From assembly GCF_001194135.2 (NCBI RefSeq), contig NC_068986.1:109648523-109712522 (forward strand): a stretch of 64,000 bases of DNA, in the 5' to 3' direction. A model generated the notes under the pieces. It worked only from the letters and a program-made list of their open reading frames with translations, was not told the origin of the DNA and did not search any database. This document shows positions 47,651 to 60,848 of the stretch, piece after piece (positions within the stretch are counted from its first letter, which is position 1; each line of letters opens with the position of its first letter). The DNA is from Octopus bimaculoides. Taxonomy: Eukaryota. The position numbers and the translations under genes were made by a program.

Positions 47651-48716
47651 TAACATCAAATATAATAATGTAAATGATGGTAATATTATATTCTTTGTTT
47701 GGCTAAGGATAAAATATTATATTCTTTGTGTGGCTAAGGATAAAAATTCTTGATTTAGGAAACATACATTGATGAACTATAAGCATTGAGAGTCTTTAAG
47801 GACCAAAAGGGGTAATATGGCTGTGTGTGTGTTGGGAGGAAGGGATGGAAGTTTGAGGATTTAAGAAAATGTTTTGCCTTTTTAAGGGAGAAGTCGAAAT
47901 GGTTATTCTTTGGTTGAAGAAACATTAATTCCAGAATCAAAAGAATTCCAGGCATGAACATCCTACTTTTTCAGCCATGATGACATGGCCTATTTTAAGA
48001 CAACAGGATGCAATGCAAGAGAGATTTGACTACTATTTCCAGCAGATCAAGAAACAATCTATAAGCTTCCTGGTTAGCTCATGAAAAAATCACTGGATGG
48101 TTATTGATAAATCGTCTTTGATCATAAGTCTGTCCAGCCAGGGCTGACTTTAGGCTAAACAACAACACCAAAAGTAGTAACAAGACGAAAAAGGGACCAT
48201 TATACAAATCATTCAGAAATAGCAGTTAAACCATCCTCAAATGACACATTAAACCATATAGTTCTAAATATGACCACATACCTACTGGATCAGGACTGAC
48301 CTAGGGGTAAAAAAAAAACAACCACAACCACAACTTTTACTACTACAGTAACCACGTAGTACATCAGAGTTAATACTTTATCCAACGCAACTGAACTAAA
48401 CTAAGATCTGACTTGCAATCAACCATAATTAATTGATAATAGCAATAATTATTTCTAATGACTATAGCTAATTAGTACAAGATATTTTAAAGTCCAGCTA
48501 ATAATAAACAAGTGCAAGCACAATGGTTATTAACTTCTCTTTTTCTCTCTTTTCTTTCATGTTTTCTCTTCTTCTTTCTTTGTTGTTCAGTCGGTTAGAT
48601 TAAACCTTTAATCTTTATCAGGTTATTAAGGGCATCAGCAATGAACTTCTTATACAGTCAACTCCTCCAGAGCCTATACACTTCATTGGTATACAGCATG
48701 ACTATATATATATGTG

Positions 48717-48800
<84 letters not shown>

Positions 48801-48905
48801 AGTAAAAATAAATACAAAAATGCAGGAATATAAATAAAACATAAAAAACAGTGTTGGAACTCTTTTAAACAAAATAATATATATATATATATGTGTGTGT
48901 AGGTG

Positions 48906-48949
<44 letters not shown>

Positions 48950-49030
48950 AACACACATGCACACACACACACAAACACATACACACACACAAACATGCAC
49001 ATGCACACACAAACACATGCACGCATACAC

Positions 49031-49269
49031 ACACACATGTAGGATTTGTATGGAGTTACTTTCTCTTAGATGAACAGGTTTTTGTCTACCCTGGGTCCAT
49101 TAGGATGTTCTCCCAGAGAATTCTATGGCATGTTCATTAATCCATTACAATGACCCTGACAAGAGTAGATAGAATTTGTTAAGGCAGAATACCTACAGCT
49201 GGATGCTCTTTCTGCTGCCAACCTCCACCAGCTTCCAAACACATGGCCAGACATGTTTTTATGGATGAT
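49031..49269 (+). repeat. 239-bp direct repeat, copy 1 (copy 2 at 50881-51119)
   Basis: Identical except ctgctgcca versus ctgttgcaa (2 differences seen). Confidence 0.9.
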
Positions 49270-50218
49270 TGGAAATGAACAACACTTCTTGTTTACAACT
49301 ATTGCATGATGTCAATACTAAGACACAAAAATATACGCACTCATGAAGGAAGAAAGAAAAAGAAGGAAAGAAAGAGAAAGAAAAACGGGACAACTTTCAA
49401 TTTCTGTCTATCAAATCTACTCAGAGAACTTTGCTTTGTCTATAAGAGAAGACGCATGCCCAAGGGGCCACATTGTGAAACTGAACCTGAAACCCTGGAG
49501 TTGCAGAGCAAACGTATCAGCACAACCACAGCTACAATTAAAAAACAAAACAAAAGGAAGAGATATTATGTAATGTAGTCCCAGATACATTACGTCCATA
49601 AAAAAATAAGGAGACAACATGATTATGGCTGGCACACCTTTTCTCAACAACAACAAGAGCAACAACATAAAAACAACTAAAAAAAACTCCAGTTAATATG
49701 TTTGAAGTTAGCAAAGGAAATGAAGGTTTCTGTTGCATTAAGTAATCGGTCCTGTTGAATAATAAACATTGACCAGACTTTATGGCAACCAACCCCATCA
49801 AGAGACAATAACAGTCAAACTAATTTTAGTTTTATTACTTATAAATTTCCAGCAGAATTACAATAAAAATGTAAATAATTCTACGAAAAAGAATTGAGAA
49901 CCAAGTTTATTCCTTGTTTGTTTGTTCCTGTTTTATTGTCTGGCAAATGGTTGAATCTCTTTCTCTCTATGTTATATCCTCCACACATAACATAACCAAC
50001 CTGCTGTCCATATGACAAACCTGTCCAACTGTCAGTCTTTAATGTACAACAATTGAACTATCAATCTCAGGTTTCTAATGCTGCGTATTGCTTTCTCTGT
50101 TTAGACCTCGCTGTGTAACTGTTACTTATTTTGCCCTCTCTCTCTCCACACACTCCCACCTCTATAAATATACATACATATGTGTGTTTATAAGTATGTT
50201 TATGTAAATATACATGTA

Positions 50219-50387
50219 CATACACGAAGGGGTAGGTTACACAGTGATGAAGGAAACTGAGCCAAACCTTTGAAGTTACTGTCAACATTTTCCTTGTAAA
50301 AATAAGCGTGATAAGCTTAAATGTTTTCAGTAATCTTTCAATTACAGTTTCACTGATCTTATATTTAACTATGCATAAAAAAAAACA
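50219..50387. repeat. Duplicated ~170-bp cassette, copy 1 (copy 2 at about 55068-55230)
   Basis: 39-bp island 50247-50285 versus 55103-55141 (38/39) and exact 25-bp island 50363-50387 versus 55206-55230. Confidence 0.85.
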
Positions 50388-50401
50388 TTAGTACACACAC
50401 A

Positions 50402-50438
<37 letters not shown>

Positions 50439-50488
50439 GTACATACATAATACATACATACACATACACATACATACACACACACACA

Positions 50489-50713
50489 TATGAGAGGGGG
50501 GGTGTAAAGTTCCTGGCTTTGGGTAAAAGAAAATACAGGAGGATCAGTTAATTATGATTTTATTCAACATATTCTTCCCCTCTCAGATTCACTCATTTAT
50601 TGCAGCAGTCCTTCAGTTTTTCTAAGCCCTGTAAAAGAACTTAGAAGCTTCGGCCTACAACTGAAACTTTCACAATACCCTTAAAGCCAGGAACTTCTCA
50701 GCACCCCTTCATA
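50489..50713. mobile_element. Tc1/mariner-type MITE
   Basis: TA-flanked TIRs: tatgag...gggtgtaaagttcctggcttt and aaagccaggaacttctcagcaccccttcata. Confidence 0.8.
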
Positions 50714-51119
50714 CATGTGTATGTGTGTGTGCATAGGTGTGTGTGTGTGTGCGTACGTATGTGTGTATATATATACACACATACATACGCACACACACAC
50801 ACACACACATATGCACACACGCACAAACACATGCATACATACATAAATACATGCATGCACATGCACACACAAACACATGCACACACATGTAGGATTTGTA
50901 TGGAGTTACTTTCTCTTAGATGAACAGGTTTTTGTCTACCCTGGGTCCATTAGGATGTTCTCCCAGAGAATTCTATGGCATGTTCATTAATCCATTACAA
51001 TGACCCTGACAAGAGTAGATAGAATTTGTTAAGGCAGAATACCTACAGCTGGATGCTCTTTCTGTTGCAAACCTCCACCAGCTTCCAAACACATGGCCAG
51101 ACATGTTTTTATGGATGAT

Positions 51120-51219
51120 NNNNNNNNNNNNNNNNNNNNNNNNNNNNNNNNNNNNNNNNNNNNNNNNNNNNNNNNNNNNNNNNNNNNNNNNNNNNNNNNN
51201 NNNNNNNNNNNNNNNNNNN
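51120..51219. other. Assembly gap (exactly 100 N, probably a placeholder size)
   Basis: N run. Confidence 1.
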
Positions 51220-51250
<31 letters not shown>

Positions 51251-52356
51251 GTATGAGTCAACTGCTGGTATTTAAAGCCAGAGCATGCAATTTTTAAAAC
51301 TAAGACACATAAGCTGATACTCTACATGTAATATGTATCTACCCTCTTTTCGAGCTGTCTGTGATAAAAATGAAAGACATTAACACTGGATTTGTTATTT
51401 ACATTCATTCATGTATATTAGGCATGCATTGCATACTTTGCACTCATGCATGAAATCCCTCTGATATATATTTGCACACAAATATATATATATTACACAC
51501 ACACACACTTGGTAAATTTGTGTCAAAACACAAATGAACCACATACTTCAACTTTGAAGAAATGTCAGGTTTTGATAAAAAATATAATCACCACTTTGAG
51601 TTACACATTACCAATTACTCAAATGAATAAATAAAGGGAGTAGCATGACAATATGTATGCAAAAATATTTGTAAAACCTTAGAAATATGACTAATTATTT
51701 TGGTTGCCAAAATACTGTTAGAAAGTGAATCACATTTTCATCTATTCAGTTACCATACACAGAAGATATGATATATTTAATTATTCACATGCAAAAAGTA
51801 TTTTCATGTCTTCAATAATCATATGTGTAAAACACACAAAAGCAAGAAAGGCGTTTATTTTTACTGAAGTTTTAGCCATAAAGGATAACTGAATGTTTTT
51901 CAATTCATTTGCAGAGAAATTAATATATATATTCTAGTCATCCCCTGGTAACCCATAGAAATTTAACAAACAAAGTTTACTAGTAAATGCATATCTAGTT
52001 ATACTTTTATTTAAAAAGCTTTGACTGTGTCATTTATTATTACAATGATGCAATAAAAAATAGTGGCTTCAAAAATGAAGTACATTACATACAGAATAAC
52101 ACTAACACTCAAAAAAAGTGCTAAAAATATGAAACAAAATATTCTATGTTACAATTCTTTGTTCAGATTAAATGTTTGTTCAAATATTATCAGAATTTTC
52201 ATAAGCCTCTTAAGCACTTCCATAGATATAATGTTTTTGATAGACATATCATTAAGGTGAGCTATAGTTGTCTCAAAAACTTTGTTTTTATTAATGCCAG
52301 TAGAAAATTACTATTTTTAAATCTCACAACGAGAGATATTCAGCAATGGTACTTTG

Positions 52357-52566
52357 TAGTAAAGATTGTTTGCCAACATAACATGGCAGTCCTAGTTTAG
52401 GATGAATGTTGCTGTAATTTTAGCCCCAGGAGACATTGTCTCCAGCTGGCTATACGATATGATCTGTGTCCTTATGTTTTCGAACAAGGGAATCCTGGGG
52501 CTAAATTACAGCAACATTCGTCCTAAACCAGGATTACCATGTTGTGTTGGCAAACAATCTTTACTA
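52357..52566. mobile_element. MITE-like foldback element with ~75-bp TIRs and TA termini
   Basis: 52357-52431 versus 52493-52566 reverse complement, about 90% identical by eye. Confidence 0.8.
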
Positions 52567-52842
52567 TAATGCCAGTAGGTACAACAATGTGAAATAGGGT
52601 AATGATCGAGAAGCATTTATTTCTAATAACATGCATATGCACACACATACATCCATCCCTCCCTAATTCATTATCTTGATATAAAAGGGAAATTTAACCT
52701 GAGTGGATTTGATCCCAGACCAAGGAGAACTGGAACTAATCCTGCAAGATATTTTATCCTGTTCTATTGACTCTACCAATTCACCCACACATAGACACAC
52801 TTAAGTATGACATCTATAGTATATTAATATATATATATATAC

Positions 52843-52880
<38 letters not shown>

Positions 52881-53546
52881 GTATATATATATACCTCCCA
52901 ATGGCTGATATAAGAACAGAGAAGAGAGAGAGAATGAAAGAGAGTGAGATAATAAATCTCTGTCAGGGTAGCGTAAAAAACAGTAGAATAGATGGGTTCT
53001 TATTGCTTATCCCAAGATATCTGTTTATCTTCTATTTCTAGCTGGTAGGAGAGAGCAGAGGCTCCTTCTCATTGGCTAAACTGGTTGGAGAAATAGATTA
53101 AGAAGACCTAATATAAACACAAGTAGAGTCGTTATGATATGGTCATTGAAGAACCTTGAAATCTTGAGGTTTAGTTCAAGCTATAATTCTTTATAGCATG
53201 GGAGAATGGAGTTGCCAAACTGGAAGTTGGCATTGCCAGCCAAACTCAGTGCAAACTAGTTTATTGTTTTTTTTAATTTTTTTTTTTTTATATCATATCC
53301 AACTTCATAGTTATATGTTTAGATATTGTTTTCTTTTACTTTCAAAAATGTCAGTTATACTGATACGAAGGTATGGAATTTGGAGTTTAATGAGGAAAAG
53401 CAAGGATGCATGTGTTTGTGTGTGTGTGTTTGTGTGTGTGTGTTTGTGTGTGTGTGTTTGTGTGTGTGTGTTTGTGTGTATCGTCAGTAGTTCATATATC
53501 CAAATAAGAAGCACATTCTAAAGCAGTATATATATATGTATGTATA

Positions 53547-54401
53547 NNNNNNNNNNNNNNNNNNNNNNNNNNNNNNNNNNNNNNNNNNNNNNNNNNNNNN
53601 NNNNNNNNNNNNNNNNNNNNNNNNNNNNNNNNNNNNNNNNNNNNNNNNNNNNNNNNNNNNNNNNNNNNNNNNNNNNNNNNNNNNNNNNNNNNNNNNNNNN
53701 NNNNNNNNNNNNNNNNNNNNNNNNNNNNNNNNNNNNNNNNNNNNNNNNNNNNNNNNNNNNNNNNNNNNNNNNNNNNNNNNNNNNNNNNNNNNNNNNNNNN
53801 NNNNNNNNNNNNNNNNNNNNNNNNNNNNNNNNNNNNNNNNNNNNNNNNNNNNNNNNNNNNNNNNNNNNNNNNNNNNNNNNNNNNNNNNNNNNNNNNNNNN
53901 NNNNNNNNNNNNNNNNNNNNNNNNNNNNNNNNNNNNNNNNNNNNNNNNNNNNNNNNNNNNNNNNNNNNNNNNNNNNNNNNNNNNNNNNNNNNNNNNNNNN
54001 NNNNNNNNNNNNNNNNNNNNNNNNNNNNNNNNNNNNNNNNNNNNNNNNNNNNNNNNNNNNNNNNNNNNNNNNNNNNNNNNNNNNNNNNNNNNNNNNNNNN
54101 NNNNNNNNNNNNNNNNNNNNNNNNNNNNNNNNNNNNNNNNNNNNNNNNNNNNNNNNNNNNNNNNNNNNNNNNNNNNNNNNNNNNNNNNNNNNNNNNNNNN
54201 NNNNNNNNNNNNNNNNNNNNNNNNNNNNNNNNNNNNNNNNNNNNNNNNNNNNNNNNNNNNNNNNNNNNNNNNNNNNNNNNNNNNNNNNNNNNNNNNNNNN
54301 NNNNNNNNNNNNNNNNNNNNNNNNNNNNNNNNNNNNNNNNNNNNNNNNNNNNNNNNNNNNNNNNNNNNNNNNNNNNNNNNNNNNNNNNNNNNNNNNNNNN
54401 N
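53547..54401. other. Assembly gap
   Basis: N run. Confidence 1.
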
Positions 54402-54457
54402 TATATATATAGGTATAGTTCAGTAAAAAATTTAGATTCAAAATTGATATATGTAGG

Positions 54458-54489
<32 letters not shown>

Positions 54490-55465
54490 TGTATGTATGT
54501 ATGTATGTATATATATATATATGTTGCTAGTTTAATTTGCATAGTGCTATGTTGGTGACTTTGAATATACACTAAACAGTGTTTTTTCCCTGCTGTATCT
54601 GTGGGGTTAGGTAAACTGCTCTTCACACCATAGATAGATCTATATTTTTCAGTCCATGGAAACAAGAAGAAAACAGCATTTGTTTACAATTGGCACAATA
54701 CACCAATGGATGTTGTGGGCTGAAAATAGAAGTTTAACCATGAGCCACACTCCAGATATAGCAGACAATAAAGGCAGTCTGTTGTATAATTAATTTGAAC
54801 AAATCGTCAACATAACACCATGAATTCAAATAAAACTAATCGGTTGAGCAAACTCACAACATTTAGTGACTATATATAGCCGTTAACTACATTTCTCTCT
54901 CTTTCTCTCTCTCTCTGTTCGGATCAAATAGTAATTTTATTTCCGATGTAAATCCAGAAAGGATTGAAGTCAACCAGATAAACCCTTTGTTTTCTGTCTA
55001 TGGGAAGGAGAAAGACATTTGTTTCCAACTGTCACAATACAGTTATGGTTCCAGTGTGCTGAAGAAGACATACAAACACAGGGATAGATTATACAATGAG
55101 CAATGAAGGAAACTGAGCCAAACCTTTGAAGTCACTGTCAAGCTTTTTCTTGGAAAAAATAAAGGACATAAATGGTTTCATCCTTCAATTACCATCTGTC
55201 CTTAAATTTAACTATGCATAAAAAAAAACAAACATGCATATATATATATATATAATGCTCTTAGCTTAGATTTTCCTTGGGGCTGGCCAGATTGGAGCAA
55301 TATCGAGTATAACCAGCTGAAATTGCAAAGATAATCTGGAACTCGACTGAGGATAGAAAACTCCAAATGACCTGTTCTTGTTTTCTTTGTATCGTCTATC
55401 TGGATGTTTTGTTGTCCCTTTTTTTGTATCACCTAACTGTCTGGATGTTTTGCATTCTTGTCCCA

Positions 55466-55605
55466 NNNNNNNNNNNNNNNNNNNNNNNNNNNNNNNNNNN
55501 NNNNNNNNNNNNNNNNNNNNNNNNNNNNNNNNNNNNNNNNNNNNNNNNNNNNNNNNNNNNNNNNNNNNNNNNNNNNNNNNNNNNNNNNNNNNNNNNNNNN
55601 NNNNN
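55466..55605. other. Assembly gap
   Basis: N run. Confidence 1.
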
Positions 55606-55635
55606 TATATATATATATATATATATACACATATC

Positions 55636-55670
<35 letters not shown>

Positions 55671-55848
55671 ATGTATGCATATGCTTCTGTGTGTATGTAT
55701 GTATATATTTTTCTTGGCATCATATTACTGATATAGCAGATTATATATATTATGTATACATAGTAAAAATTTATAGGAAAACAAAAGACGAAGACAGGTG
55801 TATGAACAACAAGCAGGTGTATTAGTTTAATGCTCAAGAAAATGAAAA

Positions 55849-55886
55849 AGTGTTTTATGTTTCGAGCCTACACTCTTCAGCAGAAA
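55849..55886 (-). ncRNA. Minimal hammerhead-like motif in a Penelope-like repeat end
   Basis: Minus strand CTGAAGA-g-tgtaggct-c-GAAA-cata; homologous to 29499-29525, which keeps GAAACGTC. Confidence 0.45.
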
Positions 55887-55937
55887 GGAATATGAGGAAA
55901 TAAACATGTTTGTTTCTATGTCAAGTTATATAAATAA

Positions 55938-55977
55938 ATAATTTAACATAATTTAACATAATTTAACATAATTTAAC
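55938..55977. repeat. 10-bp tandem repeat (ataatttaac) x4
   Basis: Directly visible. Confidence 0.9.
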
Positions 55978-56487
55978 TGAACCATTACTGAATACTTTTT
56001 AGTAGAATATAAGTTACTTTTGCAAGTAGAGATGTTACATCGACTGAGGTTTTGTCACGTGTGTATGTGAGTGTGGTCTATGTGTATGTGTATATTTACA
56101 CACAGACACACGTACATACATACATATAAACATACATGCATACTACAACTGTGCATAACATTGGTACCTTTTGTCAAGTTGTTTGTTTGTCATTCAGTAG
56201 AAATAGATAAATAATAGCATCTCTGCTGTAATGAAGGGGTGGATGTGGTTCCGCTGCTGTTGTTATTTGTGAGAAGTTGTGAATTAACTCAGACGTAAAA
56301 CAACAAACAAAAAGAAGAAGAAAAAAACGAATGTGTTTATATTTATAACAACATATGTTGGGTAGCAGGGTGGCAGGGTAGCATCAAGTTATAACTGAGT
56401 TTCATAGAATAAGGTTATCAAAAATAGTTTCTTCACCCACTTCAGGGTTCTTTCTGAACCCTGATCTATTATTATTAGTATTACCAT

Positions 56488-56709
56488 GGTAGCAGGCTGG
56501 CAGAATCATTAGCATAACAGACAAAATGCTTAGCAGCATTTCGTTTGTCTTTACATTCCGAGTTCAAATTCCACTACGGTCAATTTTGCCTTTCTTCTTT
56601 TCAGGGTCGATAAAATAAGTAGTAGTTGGACACTGGGGGTCAATGTAATTGACTCACCCACTCCCCCCACCGCCAAATTTCGACCCTTGTGCCTTTAGTA
56701 GAAAGGATT
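56488..56709 (+). mobile_element. SINE family B
   Basis: ggctggcagaatcattagc...ccgagttcaaattcc...gggtcgataaaataag...ccttgtgcctttagtagaaagg. Confidence 0.8.
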
Positions 56710-56816
56710 GTTATTATCATTATTATTATTATTATTATTGCCTTTGCACAGCTTCTAACGCTGGAGATGTACTACAGTGTCAGCTGTTCACTACCCGTGA
56801 ACTAAGGTAACACCAC

Positions 56817-56860
<44 letters not shown>

Positions 56861-56871
56861 ATATTATATTA

Positions 56872-57045
56872 TAGGTGCAGGAGTGGCTGGGTGGTAAGTA
56901 GCTTGCTTACCAACCGCATGGTTCGGGTTCAGTCCCACTGCGTGGCACCTTGGGCAAGTGTCTTCTGCTATAGCCTCGGGCCAACCAAAGCCTTTTGAGT
57001 GGATTTGGTAGACGGAAACTGAAAGAAGCCCGTCGTGTATATGTG

Positions 57046-57110
<65 letters not shown>

Positions 57111-57328
57111 TTATTTGTCTGTGTTTGTCCCCCCCCACCCCACCAACATCACTTGACAACTGATACTGATGTGTTTACATCCCTGTAACTTAGTGGTTCA
57201 GCAAAAGAGACCGATAGAATAAGTACTAGGCTTACAAAGAATAAGTCATGTGGTCGATTTTCTCGACTAAAGGCGGTGCCCCAGCATGGCCACAGTCAAA
57301 TGACTGAAACAAGTAAGAGTAAAAGAGA
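56872..57328 (+). mobile_element. SINE family A, full length
   Basis: Head to tail, with an expanded internal TA/TG run. Confidence 0.85.
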
Positions 57329-58689
57329 GTTATTATTACTATTATTATTTGCCATCGTCAGCTTTGCCTTTCATCCTTTCGGGGTTGATGAATTAAGTAC
57401 CAGTGAGACACTGGGGTCAATGTAATTGACTCATCCCCTCCCCCAAAATGGCTGCCCTTGTGGCAAAATCTGAAACCATTATTATTATTATTATTATCAT
57501 TAGATGTTGAAACCAAGAGAACAATGTAACTAAACTCCTATTTAAAAATGAATTTTCAACAGGATTATTGAATAAAAAGAATTTTTCTTGTTTCTTGTTT
57601 TTTTTTCCCATTAACTAAAGGTTTTCAAATAAACAATCACCCTAATTCCCAGGGTGTAAAAAAGGTTTGTCTTTAGACATTTTATTGTGAACAGATATTA
57701 TTGCAAACATCCATTTCTCTGTTTATTATTCGGAGTTCAATTATAACTACCTCTGTTGTGGAGGAGGAAGGTACTAAGCACAATTCTTCGTAACAATGAC
57801 TGCCCCCACCACAATTTTCTGCAGAGAAACAGTTAAAAAAAAAAGAAGCCTAATAATTATGCTGTTTCAAATAATAACAAAAACAATATTTGGTTCCTAC
57901 ATAAAAATAAACAAAGAACAATAGACATCTTACACCAATATGCTTGATATAATGTTGGTCAATAATTTGCCAGTCCTGGGTCGATAAAAATATATTTTGG
58001 ACTTTTATGGAATGTGGGTCAACAACAGTTATTGTTTATTTTTGCTGCTGTTGTTTTCGGCCAGCCATGACAAATAACCAAAGGCATTCCAACCATACCC
58101 AACTTGTTTATTCATCCAGTTTATCTCAGGCTGTGTTTACATTATATGTTGTGACCATGTATGTAGGCATCGAGCTGGCAGAACTGTTAGCAGGCTGCGC
58201 AATATGCTTAGCAGTAATTCATCCGTCTTTATGTTCCAAGTTCAAATTCTGCTGAGGTTAACTTTGCTTTTCATCCTTTTGGGGTCAATAAAATAAATAC
58301 CAGTTGAACACTGGGGGTCGGTGTAATCAACTACTCCTGGGTAAGAGCATAAGAATCTAACCCTTCTGCCAAGCCATGTCAAGCCAGTATCATAGAACAG
58401 GGTCATCAAACCAGTCTGATCTCAAATTTATGGCCTTCACTTCAGACCATGGTTGGTGGAGAGAGAATGCTGAGGGCCTTCGTCCTGCAGTGAACATTGG
58501 CAACCCAATCCAACATGTATTTAATGGGTTTTAGAATAGGGACTCTGTGTCATTGCATGCTGTAAGTGGCAGTAAAATTGGGGAGCAACACAAAGGGCAT
58601 TTGGCTGTGAAAATACTGCCTCACAAAAACACCATCTAACTTGTACCAGTTTGAAAAAGTGGACATTCAACACTGGTGATGATGACGAT

Positions 58690-58990
58690 AATGATGATGG
58701 TGCCACTGCACTGGCTCCCGTGCAGGTGGCATGTAAAAGACACCATTTTGAGTGTGGCTGTTGCCAGTACCGCCTGACTGGCTTTCGTGCCGGCGGCACG
58801 TAAAAGCACCCACTACACTCTCAGAGTGGTTGGTGTTAGGAAGGGCATCCAGCTGTAGAAACTCTGCCAGATCAGATTGCAGATTGGGGCCTGGTGTAAC
58901 CACATGGTTCACCAGTCCTCAGTCAAATCATCCAACCCATGCTAGCATGGAATGCGGACGTTAAACGATGATGATGATGATGATGATGAT
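58690..58990 (+). mobile_element. Family C repeat with a (GAT)n tail
   Basis: ccggcggcacgtaaaagcacccactacactctcagagtgg...gcggacgttaaacgatgatg. Confidence 0.85.
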
Positions 58991-60211
58991 GTTGTGATTT
59001 CTGAGTGATTTGGGTGTTGTTTGTAGTAGGTTGAATGACAATATAGAGATCTCATTTCATTGGCTTTCCATGTTGAATCAAAACCTATTTTTACAAAATA
59101 TATTTTAGAAATTACAATTTTAGTATAATAAATTTCTTGTGTAGAAAATCTACACACAGGAAATGAAAGAAAGCAAATAACAAAAAACCAATTCTGTGAA
59201 TATTCCTCATTTGATTATAAAGATAGATGAGTCAGGTAGGATATTATATAAAGACGGTTAAAATTTTATAAGTCCACAAAAGTTGAATACATAACCTGTT
59301 TATTTACCAAAATAGAATTCTCTTCAATGCTCCAACTGTGTTGATACATGAGTTGTTTCAAAACAAACAAATAAAGGCAGGGTAAGGTCCCAGCCCTCGT
59401 CTATCAGCAACTGTCTTAAAATAGACAGATTGAATTTTTATCAGTGCTATCAAGACTAATTATAGCTGTGTATGGTAATTTATGATTGGAAATAAGTTGA
59501 TAGACTGAACTCTTTATTACTTAACGTCTGATAAAGAAAGAATTGTGAGAAAATATTTGTGGTTTGTTTACCTAATTGAAAATATTTTAGTCTGATTAAG
59601 AGAGAGATAGCTTTTGGGGGGAAACGGGAAGTATTTGACTGAAGAAAACCTGACATTGGATCCGAACAAAACAATCCCAGAAATCCTTGCTATTTTGAAG
59701 TAAAAGAAATCATAAAATGCTCCACCCAGTGTTGTTTAGAACTGTGCCTGGAAATATTAGAGAGTAATTTTAAGAAATGAGAACATGGTTTGTTTATGGT
59801 TTATAAACGAAGTTTGTGGAACAGGAAGGAAACTTAGACAGGTTTTATCAGAAATCTATCAACAAGAAATGATTCACTTCTTGAACAATAAGAAGAAAAT
59901 TAACGATGATGATGATGATGATGATGATGATGACCATGGTGATAAGAACAATAAAGAATTAATTCTCAATAAAACAAATTATTCAGTTTTGATAAAAGAC
60001 AGTAAAAGACACTCAAAAATATTTCTCAACTTTCCTTATTTAGAATTCCAAAGTGAAGGAAAATAGCAACAAGAGGTTATTTTTTGAAACCTGTTTCATA
60101 ATTGGAGAATTGTCACTGTTTCTTCAACCTTTTACACTCATCACTGCTAAAACCATTTCATTGCAATTCAGAGAATACAGAGAGCTAAGGTGTGAAACAT
60201 GGAAGATTATA

Positions 60212-60423
60212 ATCTTTTCTACTCTAGGCACAAGGCATGAAATTTTTGGGAGAGGATTAAGTCAATTAGATAAACCCCAGTACGCAACTGGTACTTAATT
60301 TATCAGACCTGAAAGGATGAAAGGCAAAGGTAACCTCAGTGGAATTTGAACTCAGAGTATAAAGATAAACGAAATACCGCTAAGCATTTCGCCCGGCATT
60401 CTAACGTTTCTGCCAGCTCGCCA
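60212..60423 (-). mobile_element. SINE family B
   Basis: Reverse complement of the family B consensus. Confidence 0.85.
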
Positions 60424-60807
60424 ACTCAGAGAAAAATGGATATTAAAACAATAATGGTAATTTACTAATTATCCTGTTCATTAACCTGCTCTTTCTATCT
60501 CTGTATATATGCATATATGTATCATCAATCTGTCTGTGAGCATCATTGCTCGTTAGGACCAGGTCAGCCCTAATCAAGCAGACTTGTGATCAAAGACATT
60601 CTAGCTGTGACCACCACACCTTCATATACATCCACAAATGCATTCATTGTCCAATGTATCCTTCCTATTTTTGAAAATGAAGTGTGAATTGCAGGAAATT
60701 TGCCTGCTATTTTTAGCAGGTTGAGTAACAACATACAAACCCCTTTGTGAGAAAGATAGAGAGGATGGGGGGGAAAGAGAAAGAGAGAGAGGAAGAGGGA
60801 GAGAGAA

Positions 60808-60848
<41 letters not shown>

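Noticed and set aside
50190-50292. LRR-like peptide FPSSLCNLP on the minus strand
   Set aside because: Single short match running into microsatellite; the paralog has a stop and the 26-kb copy a frameshift.
50245-50358. C/D-box snoRNA (GTGATGA ... CTGA)
   Set aside because: The paralogous cassette at 55.1 kb lacks the C box and distal D box despite conserving the rest, and no terminal stem is evident.
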